Below are positions 28,404 to 38,400 of a stretch of DNA of 64,000 nucleotides, piece by piece (the first letter of the stretch is position 1; each line of letters begins with the position of its first letter). The notes beneath the pieces are model-generated. The model did no database searches and had not been told where the DNA came from. It was given only the letters and a program-made list of their open reading frames with translations. The stretch is from a virus (Duplodnaviria > Caudoviricetes), in the IMG/VR virus record IMGVR_UViG_3300032330_001398; one strand, given 5' to 3'. The position numbers and the translations under genes are program-made.

Positions 28404-28721
28404 TCATACCTCCAATGCTGAACGAATTCTTCCACGAACCACTTGAGTATTACCATGATTATAAGTACCTAGAGTGGCACTATAAACATGTCTCGCAAAA
28501 TTTCTTGAAAGACCCAAAAGCCTTGCGGCAAACTCTGTGCTTTCTCTTGTGTTATTAAAAAAACCATAACCAGACTTATGGGCTAATGCTGTAATTGGAT
28601 TTAAAGTAAAGCCCTTGAAGGTGCCACTTTGAATAGTAGCAAGAACCTTATTATTATTAATATCCCAATGGTAAGCATCGGCCACATTTTCTAATCTCTC
28701 AAAAAACTGAGTATAATTCAT
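28404..28721 (-). CDS. Hypothetical protein
   Basis: 105 aa with AGGAG RBS. Confidence 0.6.
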   Translation of the reverse strand: MNYTQFFERLENVADAYHWDINNNKVLATIQSGTFKGFTLNPITALAHKSGYGFFNNTRESTEFAARLLGLSRNFARHVYSATLGTYNHGNTQVVRGRIRSALEV

Positions 28722-28745
28722 ATCTTTCTCCTTATAATTACTAGA

Positions 28746-28922
28746 TCATTCTACAGGAACTTTAAAACTATCTTCCAATACTTTACTATGAACTTCATAG
28801 TATTGAATCAACTTATTAATTTCTTCTTCAACCACCTGTTGCTGACCCCTAAGTTCATTAATTTTTCTTTTAACGTTTTCTAAATGGGCAGCGGACATTT
28901 CTTGTAAAACTTGTAATGACAT
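28746..28922 (-). CDS. Small coiled-coil protein (58 aa)
   Basis: Read by hand: MSLQVLQEMSAAHLENVKRK...; AAGGAG RBS; below the ORF-track cutoff. Confidence 0.55.
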   Translation of the reverse strand: MSLQVLQEMSAAHLENVKRKINELRGQQQVVEEEINKLIQYYEVHSKVLEDSFKVPVE

Positions 28923-28969
28923 TTTATTCTCCTTTGTTCTATTATAGCGGTTACTTGCTTGGTAGACAG

Positions 28970-29185
28970 TTAAAATTTTTGTTCGTAAGTTAGGTAGTCT
29001 AGAACATGTTTATGTGTCCAAGACGGTCTATAATTTCCATCTGTGCTTAATCTTGCTAAATCTTCATAATCTTTCTGTAATTTACAAAACAATTTAGAAA
29101 GAAATACTAGATTATTATTTTTAATACATTCTTGTATTAATTGTAGCATTTCATCTACATCTTTTTGGTTTTCTTCCATTACCAT
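28970..29185 (-). CDS. Hypothetical protein
   Basis: 71-aa coupled ORF. Confidence 0.5.
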   Translation of the reverse strand: MVMEENQKDVDEMLQLIQECIKNNNLVFLSKLFCKLQKDYEDLARLSTDGNYRPSWTHKHVLDYLTYEQKF

Positions 29186-29610
29186 TCCTCTAATTTTATT
29201 CCAGCTTCTTTAAATAATTCTCTTGATACTCTAAAGTCTAATTCCCAATGGTGCCTTGATGCTGTGTTCTGATAAGATACCACTCTTTTTATACCAGACT
29301 GTATTATCATGCCAGCACATTTTGTGCATGGCATAAATGGATAAGTGTATATTGTACAACCGTCTAATGGACGTTTAGCAAACATTAAAGCATTATTTTC
29401 AGCATGTATTATAATTGGATACTTTGTGTCTTTATGATTAAGTCTATCATCATCATTTATTCCTTTTGGGAATCCATTAAATCCAAGAGAAACAATAATA
29501 TTATTTTGATCAACTATAACTGCACCAACTTTTGTAGATGGATCTTTTGACCAAGATGATACAAACTTAGCTAACTCTAAAAATCTATTATCCCAACTTG
29601 TTGAATTCAT
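29179..29610 (-). CDS. dCMP deaminase
   Basis: WSKDPSTKVGAVI, GFNG, HAENNA, PCTKC. Confidence 0.93.
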   Translation of the reverse strand: MNSTSWDNRFLELAKFVSSWSKDPSTKVGAVIVDQNNIIVSLGFNGFPKGINDDDRLNHKDTKYPIIIHAENNALMFAKRPLDGCTIYTYPFMPCTKCAGMIIQSGIKRVVSYQNTASRHHWELDFRVSRELFKEAGIKLEEW

Positions 29611-29751
29611 ACCACAATAATCCTAAATTTGCAAATGAATATCCGGCCCACATTAACGAATGAGAGTAATCTTTTTGTATAAAACATGATATTGAGTTTA
29701 TCATATACAATACTGTTGAAATTATGATACTAACTATAGCTGCCATATTTA

Positions 29752-30447
29752 TTAATTTTTACGAACAACCATTGTTCCTCTACCACCTTCTATTAAACTT
29801 TCAATAGTATAATTTCCAATTTCTTCAAATATTGCTTTTAAACATGCTCCATTTGGTGACCAATAATTACAAGAATCATTATTCAAAGAAGCTTTTGGAT
29901 GAAATTGCATTAGTGGAATAGGATTGTTAATATTACACATATGACTTTCTATCATTATTCTACCATTAGTGTTTAACAATGAATCTAGTATTTCTATTGA
30001 TTTATATGGATTTTTAAGATGATAAAACACTCCAGCATATATTATAGAGTCGAACATTCCAAGCATATCTGGTTTCATATCATCAATATCAATATCATAT
30101 TCTTTAACATTGGAATTTAATAATTTCTTAGCTATGTCGAATCCTCTTTTAGATTCTCTATTCCCACTGGTATCATCTTTATGAACATTCCACATAAAAT
30201 GATCTACTGCAACTACCTCTTTGGCTCCCATTTTTTCTGCGTGAAAAGCATAGTAACCATCCCAAGTTCCGACATCAAGAACTCTTTTGTCTGTAAAAAA
30301 ATCTGATGGAAACCAATTTTTTATTTCTTGATAATGACAGAATTGGCTTTTTCTACCATTTGATATAACATCATCTCCAAAATCTATGGAGTGCCACCAA
30401 GGTTTGTATGAATTAACTAAGTCTAGTTTTTCTTGTTTTGAGAACAT
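29752..30447 (-). CDS. Class I SAM methyltransferase (DUF1698/CmoB-like)
   Basis: WWHSID, RVLDVGTWDGYY, GVFYHLKNP. Confidence 0.82.
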   Translation of the reverse strand: MFSKQEKLDLVNSYKPWWHSIDFGDDVISNGRKSQFCHYQEIKNWFPSDFFTDKRVLDVGTWDGYYAFHAEKMGAKEVVAVDHFMWNVHKDDTSGNRESKRGFDIAKKLLNSNVKEYDIDIDDMKPDMLGMFDSIIYAGVFYHLKNPYKSIEILDSLLNTNGRIMIESHMCNINNPIPLMQFHPKASLNNDSCNYWSPNGACLKAIFEEIGNYTIESLIEGGRGTMVVRKN

Positions 30448-31583
30448 TAAATACTCCTATCGAAATGAGTTCTGTTTACACGAATAAATTCAGCACATTT
30501 AGGTAAATCTTTAAGAGAGTCTGCACCAACATAAGCACAAGCACTTCGTATACCGCCTAATATATCTAGCATTATATCAGACACATACCCCTTATATGGA
30601 ACGGATAATGTTCTTCCCTCGCTTGATCTATAATTCTTAATTCCACCATACTTCTCTTGAGCTTTGTGTGAACTCATTCCATAAAACGTTAATGATTTTT
30701 TCCTTCGCTCTGTATTATAGCCGGGATCAAATGGTTGCCACCATTCTGATTTTGTTGATCCATCATTATTAATGATCGCACTACGATACTCATACTCCCA
30801 TTCGCCTTCGCACTCGTCTGAACCGGCAAGCATTCCACCAAGCATCACAAAGTCCGCATTGGCCGCAAAAGCCTTTACAACGTCTGCTGGAGTCCTACAG
30901 CCACCATCTGCACAAATCAATCCCATACGCTTGTCTTCGCTCTTTAAACCGTGGGCCGCATGTCCACACTCTATTATAGCTGAAAGTTGTGGATATCCAA
31001 CACCAGTTTTTAATCTTGTTGTACAAGCTGAACCGGGACCAATTCCTATCTTAACAATATCAACTCCACCATGAAGAATTAGTTCTTGTACCATTTCTGG
31101 AGTACATACATTGCCAGCCATTATAATTGGATGAGTACCAAAAGTATCTCTAACTTTTCTACAAAAATCTACAAAATTATCTGTATAGCCATTAGCTACA
31201 TCAATACAAATATTTGGAATAACTCCTGTTTTATACCATACTTGATTTAATTTATCAATCTCGCTATTGTTAATTCCCATACTATGCCAACAATGATTAG
31301 TATCTAATGGCATTGGTTCTGGACGATCAAAATAGTCACTAGCCTTATAATGTTTATGTAAACATGTTATAGCTTTAAACTTTTGTAGAGCTTGAGCCAT
31401 AGAGAATGTGCCAATAGAATCCATATTAGCAGCAATTATTGGTATTCCACTCCAATGTTGATCTGAATGATAAAAAGAATATCGTTTATCAAGCAACACA
31501 CTGACCCTTGATGCCGCTTGCGATCTCTGTGGAACGAGTAAGACATCATCAAAATCTAATTTGGTTTCAGTACTAATTTTCAT
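30447..31583 (-). CDS. guaC: GMP reductase
   Basis: AANMD, CIDVANGY, GIGPGSACTTR..TGVGYPQLSA, FYGMSS, YRSSEG. Confidence 0.93.
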   Translation of the reverse strand: MKISTETKLDFDDVLLVPQRSQAASRVSVLLDKRYSFYHSDQHWSGIPIIAANMDSIGTFSMAQALQKFKAITCLHKHYKASDYFDRPEPMPLDTNHCWHSMGINNSEIDKLNQVWYKTGVIPNICIDVANGYTDNFVDFCRKVRDTFGTHPIIMAGNVCTPEMVQELILHGGVDIVKIGIGPGSACTTRLKTGVGYPQLSAIIECGHAAHGLKSEDKRMGLICADGGCRTPADVVKAFAANADFVMLGGMLAGSDECEGEWEYEYRSAIINNDGSTKSEWWQPFDPGYNTERRKKSLTFYGMSSHKAQEKYGGIKNYRSSEGRTLSVPYKGYVSDIMLDILGGIRSACAYVGADSLKDLPKCAEFIRVNRTHFDRSI

Positions 31584-31610
31584 TTACATAATCCTTTGAT
31601 TTTAAAATAG

Positions 31611-31692
31611 TCGTGGATGTAGGATTCGAACCTACGAAGCTAATAGCATTTGATTTACAGTCAAACTCCTTTGACCGCTCGGAAAATCCACG
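31611..31692 (-). tRNA. tRNA-Tyr(GUA), long variable arm, C1:G72, no encoded CCA
   Basis: CGTGGAT-TT-TCCGAGCGGTCAAAGGA-G-TTTGA-CTGTAAA-TCAAA-...-GTAGG-TTCGAAT-CCTAC-ATCCACG-A. Confidence 0.93.
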
Positions 31693-31701
31693 ATTAAGAG
31701 T

Positions 31702-31730
31702 AAACGGGGTGAGTTTCCCCATCCCCGTTA
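31702..31730 (-). terminator. Stem-loop after rIIB
   Basis: AACGGGG...CCCCGTT inverted repeat. Confidence 0.55.
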
Positions 31731-31747
31731 TACTCTCAAACATTCAA

Positions 31748-32614
31748 TCAAACACTCATCAACTTCTTACTAAGAACAGAATTGATCTTGTCAAGCTTCG
31801 CGGTAACTTCAACGATCCATTCGCGGTTACGCTTCTTAGTTGCCATATAAGCCTTGTCCTGCTCTGTCATATGAATGATCTTATCGAAAACGCTATCAAA
31901 CTTAGATACAACTTCGTAGCGACAAGTACGGAGCTTTTGAAACTTATGATCGGTAGGAACGCTAACAACGTCGCGGGGATTAACCTTGCAAATCATAAGC
32001 TGATTTCCACCATCGTTATCGCCATCTTCATCAAGATTAATACCACCATAAGATTTAGCATAGTCGATAGCCCCAACATGCAATCCCTTACCACAACCAT
32101 TATCACGATTACCATCAACCTGACTACGAGGCACAGAGCATACGCTACCTACTGAATTATCAAACTTACCAGAGTAAATATCTTTGTAATCTGGGCGAAC
32201 AGCTTTATATGCTAAGAAATGTCCATCCATAGTGATAGGCATATGCTTATTCTCCATGAAGTCGAACAATTCAACGATAGCATGATCAGAAGGATTCTGG
32301 CTCATATTATCAAGGAAGTTAAGCATCGGCTCAAAGGGAAAACCCTGCTTGACCATATCCAGAATTGTACTGGTGAACATGTTGGGCATCTTAATACCGT
32401 CCCAATTCAGAACACCATCCGCACAATTCACATAGCCTTCGCAATAAGAATTCAGATGAGACACGATATCGTAGCAAGCTTCGAAATGCTCAACATTATT
32501 ATTCTTAAGATGATTGACTAGTTTATTATAATTTGGGTGAGCCTTACCAAAGTTATAGGTTTCACCGCTGACCACCGCTGTTACGTTACCGTCATTTGCA
32601 ATAATATATTTCAT
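31748..32614 (-). CDS. rIIB-like protein
   Basis: PITMDGHFLAYKAV, CGKGLHVG, KVNPRDVVSVP, KLRTCRYEV. Confidence 0.88.
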   Translation of the reverse strand: MKYIIANDGNVTAVVSGETYNFGKAHPNYNKLVNHLKNNNVEHFEACYDIVSHLNSYCEGYVNCADGVLNWDGIKMPNMFTSTILDMVKQGFPFEPMLNFLDNMSQNPSDHAIVELFDFMENKHMPITMDGHFLAYKAVRPDYKDIYSGKFDNSVGSVCSVPRSQVDGNRDNGCGKGLHVGAIDYAKSYGGINLDEDGDNDGGNQLMICKVNPRDVVSVPTDHKFQKLRTCRYEVVSKFDSVFDKIIHMTEQDKAYMATKKRNREWIVEVTAKLDKINSVLSKKLMSV

Positions 32615-32638
32615 AGTTCTACTCCTAGTTTAGACCTT

Positions 32639-34741
32639 TCACAGTGTGTTATTGATCCCGTCGATATAATCGGCCACAAGTTGCTTATCACTCTTATCCC
32701 ATACATTACCAGCAAACTTGAGCATGGGATACTTCTTCATTTCATTATCAAAATCTTTAGAGAACTTTTCAGTGTTGATTTTCACGTTGCTAAAATTAAT
32801 GCTTTGAACATTGGGAAGTCTCTGTGCCATATACTCAATAGTATACATGTCGCCTGAGATGTTGTCAACCCTCTGCTTATACTCATTATACTCAGCCATG
32901 ATCTGCTTTGCTTTAGAATCGGTTTTGGTCATTTCAAGAATTTCAAACCATCGATAGTTCCTAGAAATAGAAAGTGCATTACGATGATTAACCTCAATAA
33001 TATCGTCGTGGTGCTTTTCAACAGCATCTGAGAAAATATTTTCAAGCAATCTGCAACCATTAGTCCAATTATCACGCTGTTCAAGCTTTCGATTCTTAAC
33101 TACCGATGGCTTAACAACATAAAAAGTTGCGTCACCAATAGTTTCACGATAATGCTGATGAATAAAGTTTAGAGCATTTGTAACATAGCTGATATCAATA
33201 TGTGAATGTCCAATCTGCACAGAATCCTTCGACTCAATAAAATAGTGGGCATTTTCAAACTTAACACTCATGTTGCACACTTCAAACTTCCCAGTTTCTT
33301 CATTGTAAACTTGAACATGAACCGCTGGACCGCCATCTGAGCTACCAGAACTTTGACGATTATATTCAACCTTGGGAAGAGTTGATGTAAGAATAACATC
33401 GTCCTTGGTTGCTCCACCCATGATTTCATAGAGTTTGCAACTGTCAACAGTTTCCTTGTCGGTAATTTTATAGTAGTAGCAAGACTGACCATCATGAGCA
33501 TCACGAATCATTTGACGAACTCGACTAACGCCACCCCTAGCCAAATCATCAATGATAAACTTTGTTTTGGTAGAGAAGAACATATTCTCAACACTCTTCT
33601 TAACATCAATCTTTTTACGCCACTGTGATCGTTCAAAAATATCGACGCTACAATCTTTGATGCTAACGCTTTCAGCAGCATTACTATCAAAAAGCTTGGT
33701 ATCATTCCAAGTAAGGGATTTGTGCAGCGATTCAACAGCGCTCTTGATAGAGTGGCACTGGTCGCTAACCTGTACATATTTCTTACGTGCTTTGAACAAA
33801 GACGGTTGACTCTTAATTTCTTCTTGAATCTTAATCGCAATTTCTTCAGCAATAGTTTTTGCCATATTGATGATATTAGCTTTAGTTTCCTTGCTATAAG
33901 ACAAAGATTCACGGCTGGGAGTAATGTCAACATCACCTATCTTCACGAAAAGACGCAGACCACTAGAATATTGAATAAAATTTACAGTCTTATCATCAAG
34001 ACCAGTATTCATCAATTGATAATGGTCGAGAGGATACGCAATCTGACCCATAATGATCAGATTATCAGACTCGTTATCATCGAAATACCAATTATTTCCC
34101 TCAAGAACCTTTTCGGGACTTTCATAGCTAATAGATTCACCAATGAATTTGGGGCGAACCTTAAAAAACTCATAGACTTTATGAGCCTCACGAACAAATC
34201 GGCTAACGTCGCTATCTTGAACGCTAATAGAAACCTTGATACCATTAGGCTCAGATGTTTCAAAAGTATCCATCAGAGAGAATACGGGACTACCATCCTC
34301 ATTCTTATAGGCAGTATAAAGTCTACGCTGACCATCAAGAAAAGCCTCAACGGTAAAGCTATCAGAATAAGCAAAGGGAGCCTTGCTACCAAGACCAAGG
34401 CAACCAACAGCATCATTGCTATTGTTTCGCGTACTGCGGAAATATGTTGTATAAAGTTGCATACAGCTATCGTGATCCATACTGGTGCCATAGTCACGAA
34501 TAAAGAATGTAGGTTCAAGCTGCGTGGGCAGATGAACATCGAACGGAACGCTAACCTTGCCAGCCTCAACGTGCGAATCGTATGCGTTGGTAGAAAGCTC
34601 ACGAACAACGGCGAGAATCTTGTTAGAATAAAGACCGTCAGATAGAATGAAAAATGCCTTGGATGAAGCTTCGATACTGAACTTCGACTCTTCAAAATTA
34701 CCAGACTTTTCAATTGTGTGTGTGCCAGCGTGAAGTTTCAT
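32639..34741 (-). CDS. rIIA-like protein (GHKL ATPase N-domain)
   Basis: LYSNKILAVVRELSTNAYD, IRDYG, GLGSKAPFAYSD, TPSRESL. Confidence 0.9.
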   Translation of the reverse strand: MKLHAGTHTIEKSGNFEESKFSIEASSKAFFILSDGLYSNKILAVVRELSTNAYDSHVEAGKVSVPFDVHLPTQLEPTFFIRDYGTSMDHDSCMQLYTTYFRSTRNNSNDAVGCLGLGSKAPFAYSDSFTVEAFLDGQRRLYTAYKNEDGSPVFSLMDTFETSEPNGIKVSISVQDSDVSRFVREAHKVYEFFKVRPKFIGESISYESPEKVLEGNNWYFDDNESDNLIIMGQIAYPLDHYQLMNTGLDDKTVNFIQYSSGLRLFVKIGDVDITPSRESLSYSKETKANIINMAKTIAEEIAIKIQEEIKSQPSLFKARKKYVQVSDQCHSIKSAVESLHKSLTWNDTKLFDSNAAESVSIKDCSVDIFERSQWRKKIDVKKSVENMFFSTKTKFIIDDLARGGVSRVRQMIRDAHDGQSCYYYKITDKETVDSCKLYEIMGGATKDDVILTSTLPKVEYNRQSSGSSDGGPAVHVQVYNEETGKFEVCNMSVKFENAHYFIESKDSVQIGHSHIDISYVTNALNFIHQHYRETIGDATFYVVKPSVVKNRKLEQRDNWTNGCRLLENIFSDAVEKHHDDIIEVNHRNALSISRNYRWFEILEMTKTDSKAKQIMAEYNEYKQRVDNISGDMYTIEYMAQRLPNVQSINFSNVKINTEKFSKDFDNEMKKYPMLKFAGNVWDKSDKQLVADYIDGINNTL

Positions 34742-34786
34742 AATTGGTTATCTCCTTAAAAGTGCTAATTGACTGAATGTGCTTTG

Positions 34787-34814
34787 ATTGTACACTATGT
34801 ATCGGCGTTGTCAA
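34787..34814 (-). promoter_or_regulatory. Sigma70-like promoter for rIIA with CGATA in the spacer
   Basis: TTGACA-ACGCCGATACATAGTG-TACAAT. Confidence 0.7.
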
Positions 34815-34834
34815 TGGGTGGGCTTGAAAAAATT

Positions 34835-35134
34835 TTATCCGTTCTGGTATACGCAAAAAGATATGGGTTCTAAGTCAAAATCACTTATTTCCCCATCAAC
34901 AAACTCTTCCCATTCAGAAAGGAATTGATCTAAAAGTTGAATATCCTCTTCACAATATCTATAAGATAGATAGTCATCTATATCATCTTCCCAGATTATA
35001 ATCCCATCTCTTCCAACATCAATATCTCGTACATCTCTCTTAAAGAATCTTGCACTCAAATATTGAAGTGGGGATGTAGCTGGATTTTTAACTGCCCTAA
35101 TAATATCACTCTCAGACATATCAAGCTTGATCAT
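34835..35134 (-). CDS. Acidic hypothetical protein
   Basis: 99-aa ORF. Confidence 0.55.
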   Translation of the reverse strand: MIKLDMSESDIIRAVKNPATSPLQYLSARFFKRDVRDIDVGRDGIIIWEDDIDDYLSYRYCEEDIQLLDQFLSEWEEFVDGEISDFDLEPISFCVYQNG

Positions 35135-35155
35135 TTTTCACCTAAATAAATTTTG

Positions 35156-35758
35156 TTACATTTTTTCATGATGTAAATCATAGATTCGTTTTACATGTGC
35201 AAAAAAATCTTTTTGCGAAAACGTTCTCTTGCTAGAATTACAATCAAAACAACAACTAACAATATTATCTAAATTGTACCCATCGTTATTATCGATTCTG
35301 TCTAAACCGTTATATACATAATCTCCACTAGTTTTACCTTGACCTTTTATTATTCTATGAGGCTCTCTCCCGCAATAATAACATGGATTTTTTGTAAATT
35401 GTTTAAACTCTATTTTTGATAATGCAAAAGATAAATTTCTTTTTTCTGCACTTTTAAGATACTGATAATATAAATTATTGAATGCTGATTCTCCTTGATC
35501 TAACTGCCAAGTCATATTCCTATCTTTTTTTATTTTCCATGTTTTAGAATCTCTAGAAACACATCCGCAACTTGCGGTTCTTTCTCTTTTTAAGATGTTG
35601 TTTCTCATCCATTTCTTTTTTCCGCACAGTCTACAATAAACTTCAGACCATCCACGTTTTGTTTGAGTTTTACCTTCTATTATAGTTTTTGTATTTATTA
35701 CTTCTAAATTATCATAACCTATAATATCACCTATTTTTAGACTTTTATTCCTTGGCAT
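35156..35758 (-). CDS. HNH-type (putative homing) endonuclease
   Basis: CRLCG..SCGC; CYYCG..NGLDRIDN..GY..DNIVSCCFDCN..K; likely start MPRNK after AGGAG. Confidence 0.8.
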   Translation of the reverse strand: MPRNKSLKIGDIIGYDNLEVINTKTIIEGKTQTKRGWSEVYCRLCGKKKWMRNNILKRERTASCGCVSRDSKTWKIKKDRNMTWQLDQGESAFNNLYYQYLKSAEKRNLSFALSKIEFKQFTKNPCYYCGREPHRIIKGQGKTSGDYVYNGLDRIDNNDGYNLDNIVSCCFDCNSSKRTFSQKDFFAHVKRIYDLHHEKM

Positions 35759-35799
35759 AATAGTGTCTCCTAGAATGTATATATGTATAGTATACATTC

Positions 35800-36456
35800 T
35801 TATATACACCATTCTTTTTCAAACTCTCCCAAAGCTTCAGAAGTTAATGGTAATTGCTGGCAAAATATATTTTTGCAGCCTTTAGCAATATCAATGTGTT
35901 CTTTTTGAGTACCGTGCTTTTCTCTTAATGCTATATATGTAATCCATGATCTTATTGAACCGCTAACGTATAATCTTGTTGGAGTTGCTAATGGCAATAC
36001 AAACCTTGCACATTCTTTAGCTATTCCATCAGATATCATACCATCATAAATAGCCTTGGCTTTAGAAAAATGTTCACGAATTTTGGTGTTCCATTTTACT
36101 TTAGTCTCATCGGATATGTCATCAATGCTATTCTGGCGATTCTTATTGTCTTGTCGCCTTAATTCAAATAGTGGAATATCTTCTGACAAGAGTGTAGCAT
36201 CTGCATATCGTTGGCTGAACTCTTGAAATGTAAAACTACGATGACGAAGAATCTGTGCCGCAATACCTCTTGTAGTATTAATCTCTACTGTCATAAAAGC
36301 TTGCTCAAATATACTCCAATGCTCATGCATAATACAATATTTTAATAGTTTTGCTATATTATCATTATTTTGTCCACTCGGGTTTGATACTCTAGCACAA
36401 TATGCCATAAGTTTTTCTGCGTCAGAAGTGATACTAATTAGTTTTACATAGCTCAT
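35800..36456 (-). CDS. thyX: FAD-dependent thymidylate synthase
   Basis: HWSIFE, QILRHRSFTFQEFSQRY, ECARFVLP, TQKEH. Confidence 0.96.
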   Translation of the reverse strand: MSYVKLISITSDAEKLMAYCARVSNPSGQNNDNIAKLLKYCIMHEHWSIFEQAFMTVEINTTRGIAAQILRHRSFTFQEFSQRYADATLLSEDIPLFELRRQDNKNRQNSIDDISDETKVKWNTKIREHFSKAKAIYDGMISDGIAKECARFVLPLATPTRLYVSGSIRSWITYIALREKHGTQKEHIDIAKGCKNIFCQQLPLTSEALGEFEKEWCI

Positions 36457-36809
36457 TTCTGCATTAACTCCTGATGTGACATTATTTTCTTATATGAAAA
36501 TCCCATTCCAAACCCCTGCATATAAGACCGTTTTATTAAATCTAGATTTTCTAACTGTTCTTCTATGCTTTCTCTATTTTCTCTAGCCCAATTTATAAAA
36601 CTAGATTCTTCATCAGAAATATCATTTGGGCCGATATCTGATGGATATACATACTCATATGAGTAAGCTACTTGCCTTAGCCTAGTATCGATTGTACCAA
36701 ATACAATAACCCCACCTTCTTTATAGATACTTGTTACAACAACATCGTCTATAAATGTATTAACTAGATGATCTCCAACCTTAACATTTAGTGCTTGATC
36801 AATTCTCAT
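36453..36809 (-). CDS. Hypothetical protein
   Basis: 118-aa coupled ORF. Confidence 0.55.
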   Translation of the reverse strand: MRIDQALNVKVGDHLVNTFIDDVVVTSIYKEGGVIVFGTIDTRLRQVAYSYEYVYPSDIGPNDISDEESSFINWARENRESIEEQLENLDLIKRSYMQGFGMGFSYKKIMSHQELMQK

Positions 36810-37053
36810 TTGGTGTTATCCTGCTATCTATGTTATCTTTGTATTTAGATGTATACGCATTGTAAGCATCTTCTAAGCTTTCTGCCATTCTCAATATCCA
36901 CAAATCTTCGTTGTTAACGATTTCGTGTGAATCTAAATCTTCAATAAGATATTCAAGAAGATGTAAATATCCAACATCTTGAATCAAGTTTTTAATTTTT
37001 TGCTTATTTTCTAAATAAGCTGATTTTTTAGTATAATTTTTTGTATTTAACAT
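36799..37053 (-). CDS. Hypothetical protein
   Basis: 84 aa, downstream of TTGACA-N17-TATCAT at 37092-37120. Confidence 0.55.
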   Translation of the reverse strand: MLNTKNYTKKSAYLENKQKIKNLIQDVGYLHLLEYLIEDLDSHEIVNNEDLWILRMAESLEDAYNAYTSKYKDNIDSRITPNEN

Positions 37054-37205
37054 TTTAATTCAATTGTTTGCGGTTCTCAATGCCTACCAATATGATAGCC
37101 AACAAAAGCAACTTTGTCAACAGGAATTAAAAAATTTTGAAATATGTGGATAAAAATCCTAATATATACCCTAAACAAAAATAATCAATTACAACAATAA
37201 AAATG

Positions 37206-37529
37206 CTAGGGTCTATTTTTAATTTTTTCATAGTAAATCTTGCAATCCTTTACAACGTTTTCATTCCAACTTTGATAGTTCATTAAATGACCAAACACAA
37301 GATGGCAAGGGTAATCACATAAAGATATCAAATTTTCTGGGGCTAATTCTAATTCTGGATTTGAGTGAAATGGTTTTATGTGATGAACTTGTATATTTTT
37401 ATTTTTGCCGCAAGCAGCACAGTTAGGATTATTTTCCAAATGTTCTTTTCTTACTCTTGACCACGATCCAGACCTAGTTAAGTAATCGTCTATTTTGAAC
37501 AAGGACTTGAATAATTTTTCGAAGATCAT
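37206..37529 (-). CDS. Small HNH endonuclease
   Basis: CAACG..VHHI..NLISLC..CH...H. Confidence 0.82.
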   Translation of the reverse strand: MIFEKLFKSLFKIDDYLTRSGSWSRVRKEHLENNPNCAACGKNKNIQVHHIKPFHSNPELELAPENLISLCDYPCHLVFGHLMNYQSWNENVVKDCKIYYEKIKNRP

Positions 37530-38293
37530 TTGTCTTGTTCTGCTTTTTCTATAGCTTGCATTGCTTCTTTTATCCACTCAATAAATAAACTTACTCTTGT
37601 ATGTCCTGACCAATCATCAATATTAGAATCTAGTTTCTTATCTTCTGTAAAAACGCAAGAGTGAATTCCTGCTAATTTATTATCTATAAATAGCCCACCA
37701 CCGCTATCGCCATGACATATCAAAAATTCTAAACTGGTTCTTTTACCGTTTTTTAAGGAGCATATTAGCAAATCGCGGTCAATTGTGTCTATTATATTTG
37801 AACCGCCCCTTTTTATATCATCGATTTTTCTTTCTAAATTTTGAAAAGCTCCAGTGACTCCAAATCCAGCCATGCTGCAAATTTTACCAACTTCATCGCT
37901 TTTTGTATATAATTCTGGATAAAATCCTATATTAGCATCTTGTTCTAAATGACCTATACCAATATCGTATTTTCCAAAATTATTTTCTTCGTATGATCCG
38001 TGATGAGCTATAAAATCTATAGGTATTGTTTTTTCACCAATAATAATTCGACATTTTTTACTGCCCTTTAATACGTGTGCGGCTGTCAAAATCCATCTTG
38101 GTTTAATAACTACTGCTGATGCATAAAAATAGGTGCTTTTTTCATTATCATAATTACCCTCTATTTTTACTACAGATTCATGTTTATTTCCATATTCTAT
38201 ATATTTAGAATCTGGTATATTTTGATCTATTGTACCACCTAAAAGATTAAGCGGGAAAAGCCCTAGAATTAAGGCTATTAATATTTTGTACAC
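37526..38293 (-). CDS. Secreted trypsin-like serine protease (S1)
   Basis: Signal peptide; WILTAAHV, YDIG, GDSGGG. Confidence 0.9.
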   Translation of the reverse strand: MYKILIALILGLFPLNLLGGTIDQNIPDSKYIEYGNKHESVVKIEGNYDNEKSTYFYASAVVIKPRWILTAAHVLKGSKKCRIIIGEKTIPIDFIAHHGSYEENNFGKYDIGIGHLEQDANIGFYPELYTKSDEVGKICSMAGFGVTGAFQNLERKIDDIKRGGSNIIDTIDRDLLICSLKNGKRTSLEFLICHGDSGGGLFIDNKLAGIHSCVFTEDKKLDSNIDDWSGHTRVSLFIEWIKEAMQAIEKAEQDK

Positions 38294-38400
38294 AACGTGT
38301 CTCCTTTGAATAAAGGGCCATTATATGTATACACTATATTAAACATAAAGGGGTAGCCACCAAGGCCACCCCAGTACGTTTTACATACTTAAAGCTATAT

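Noticed and set aside
29752-30447. CmoB-like enzyme as modifier of the phage U34 tRNAs
   Set aside because: The motifs show only a generic DUF1698-type methyltransferase, no cmoA is present, and the substrate cannot be assigned from sequence.
31613-32155. Plus-strand 180-aa ORF
   Set aside because: Antisense to tRNA-Tyr and rIIB.
33722-34645. Long plus-strand ORFs opposite rIIA, the DUF932-like gene, dnaB and others
   Set aside because: Antisense to well-supported genes, with no recognisable motifs.
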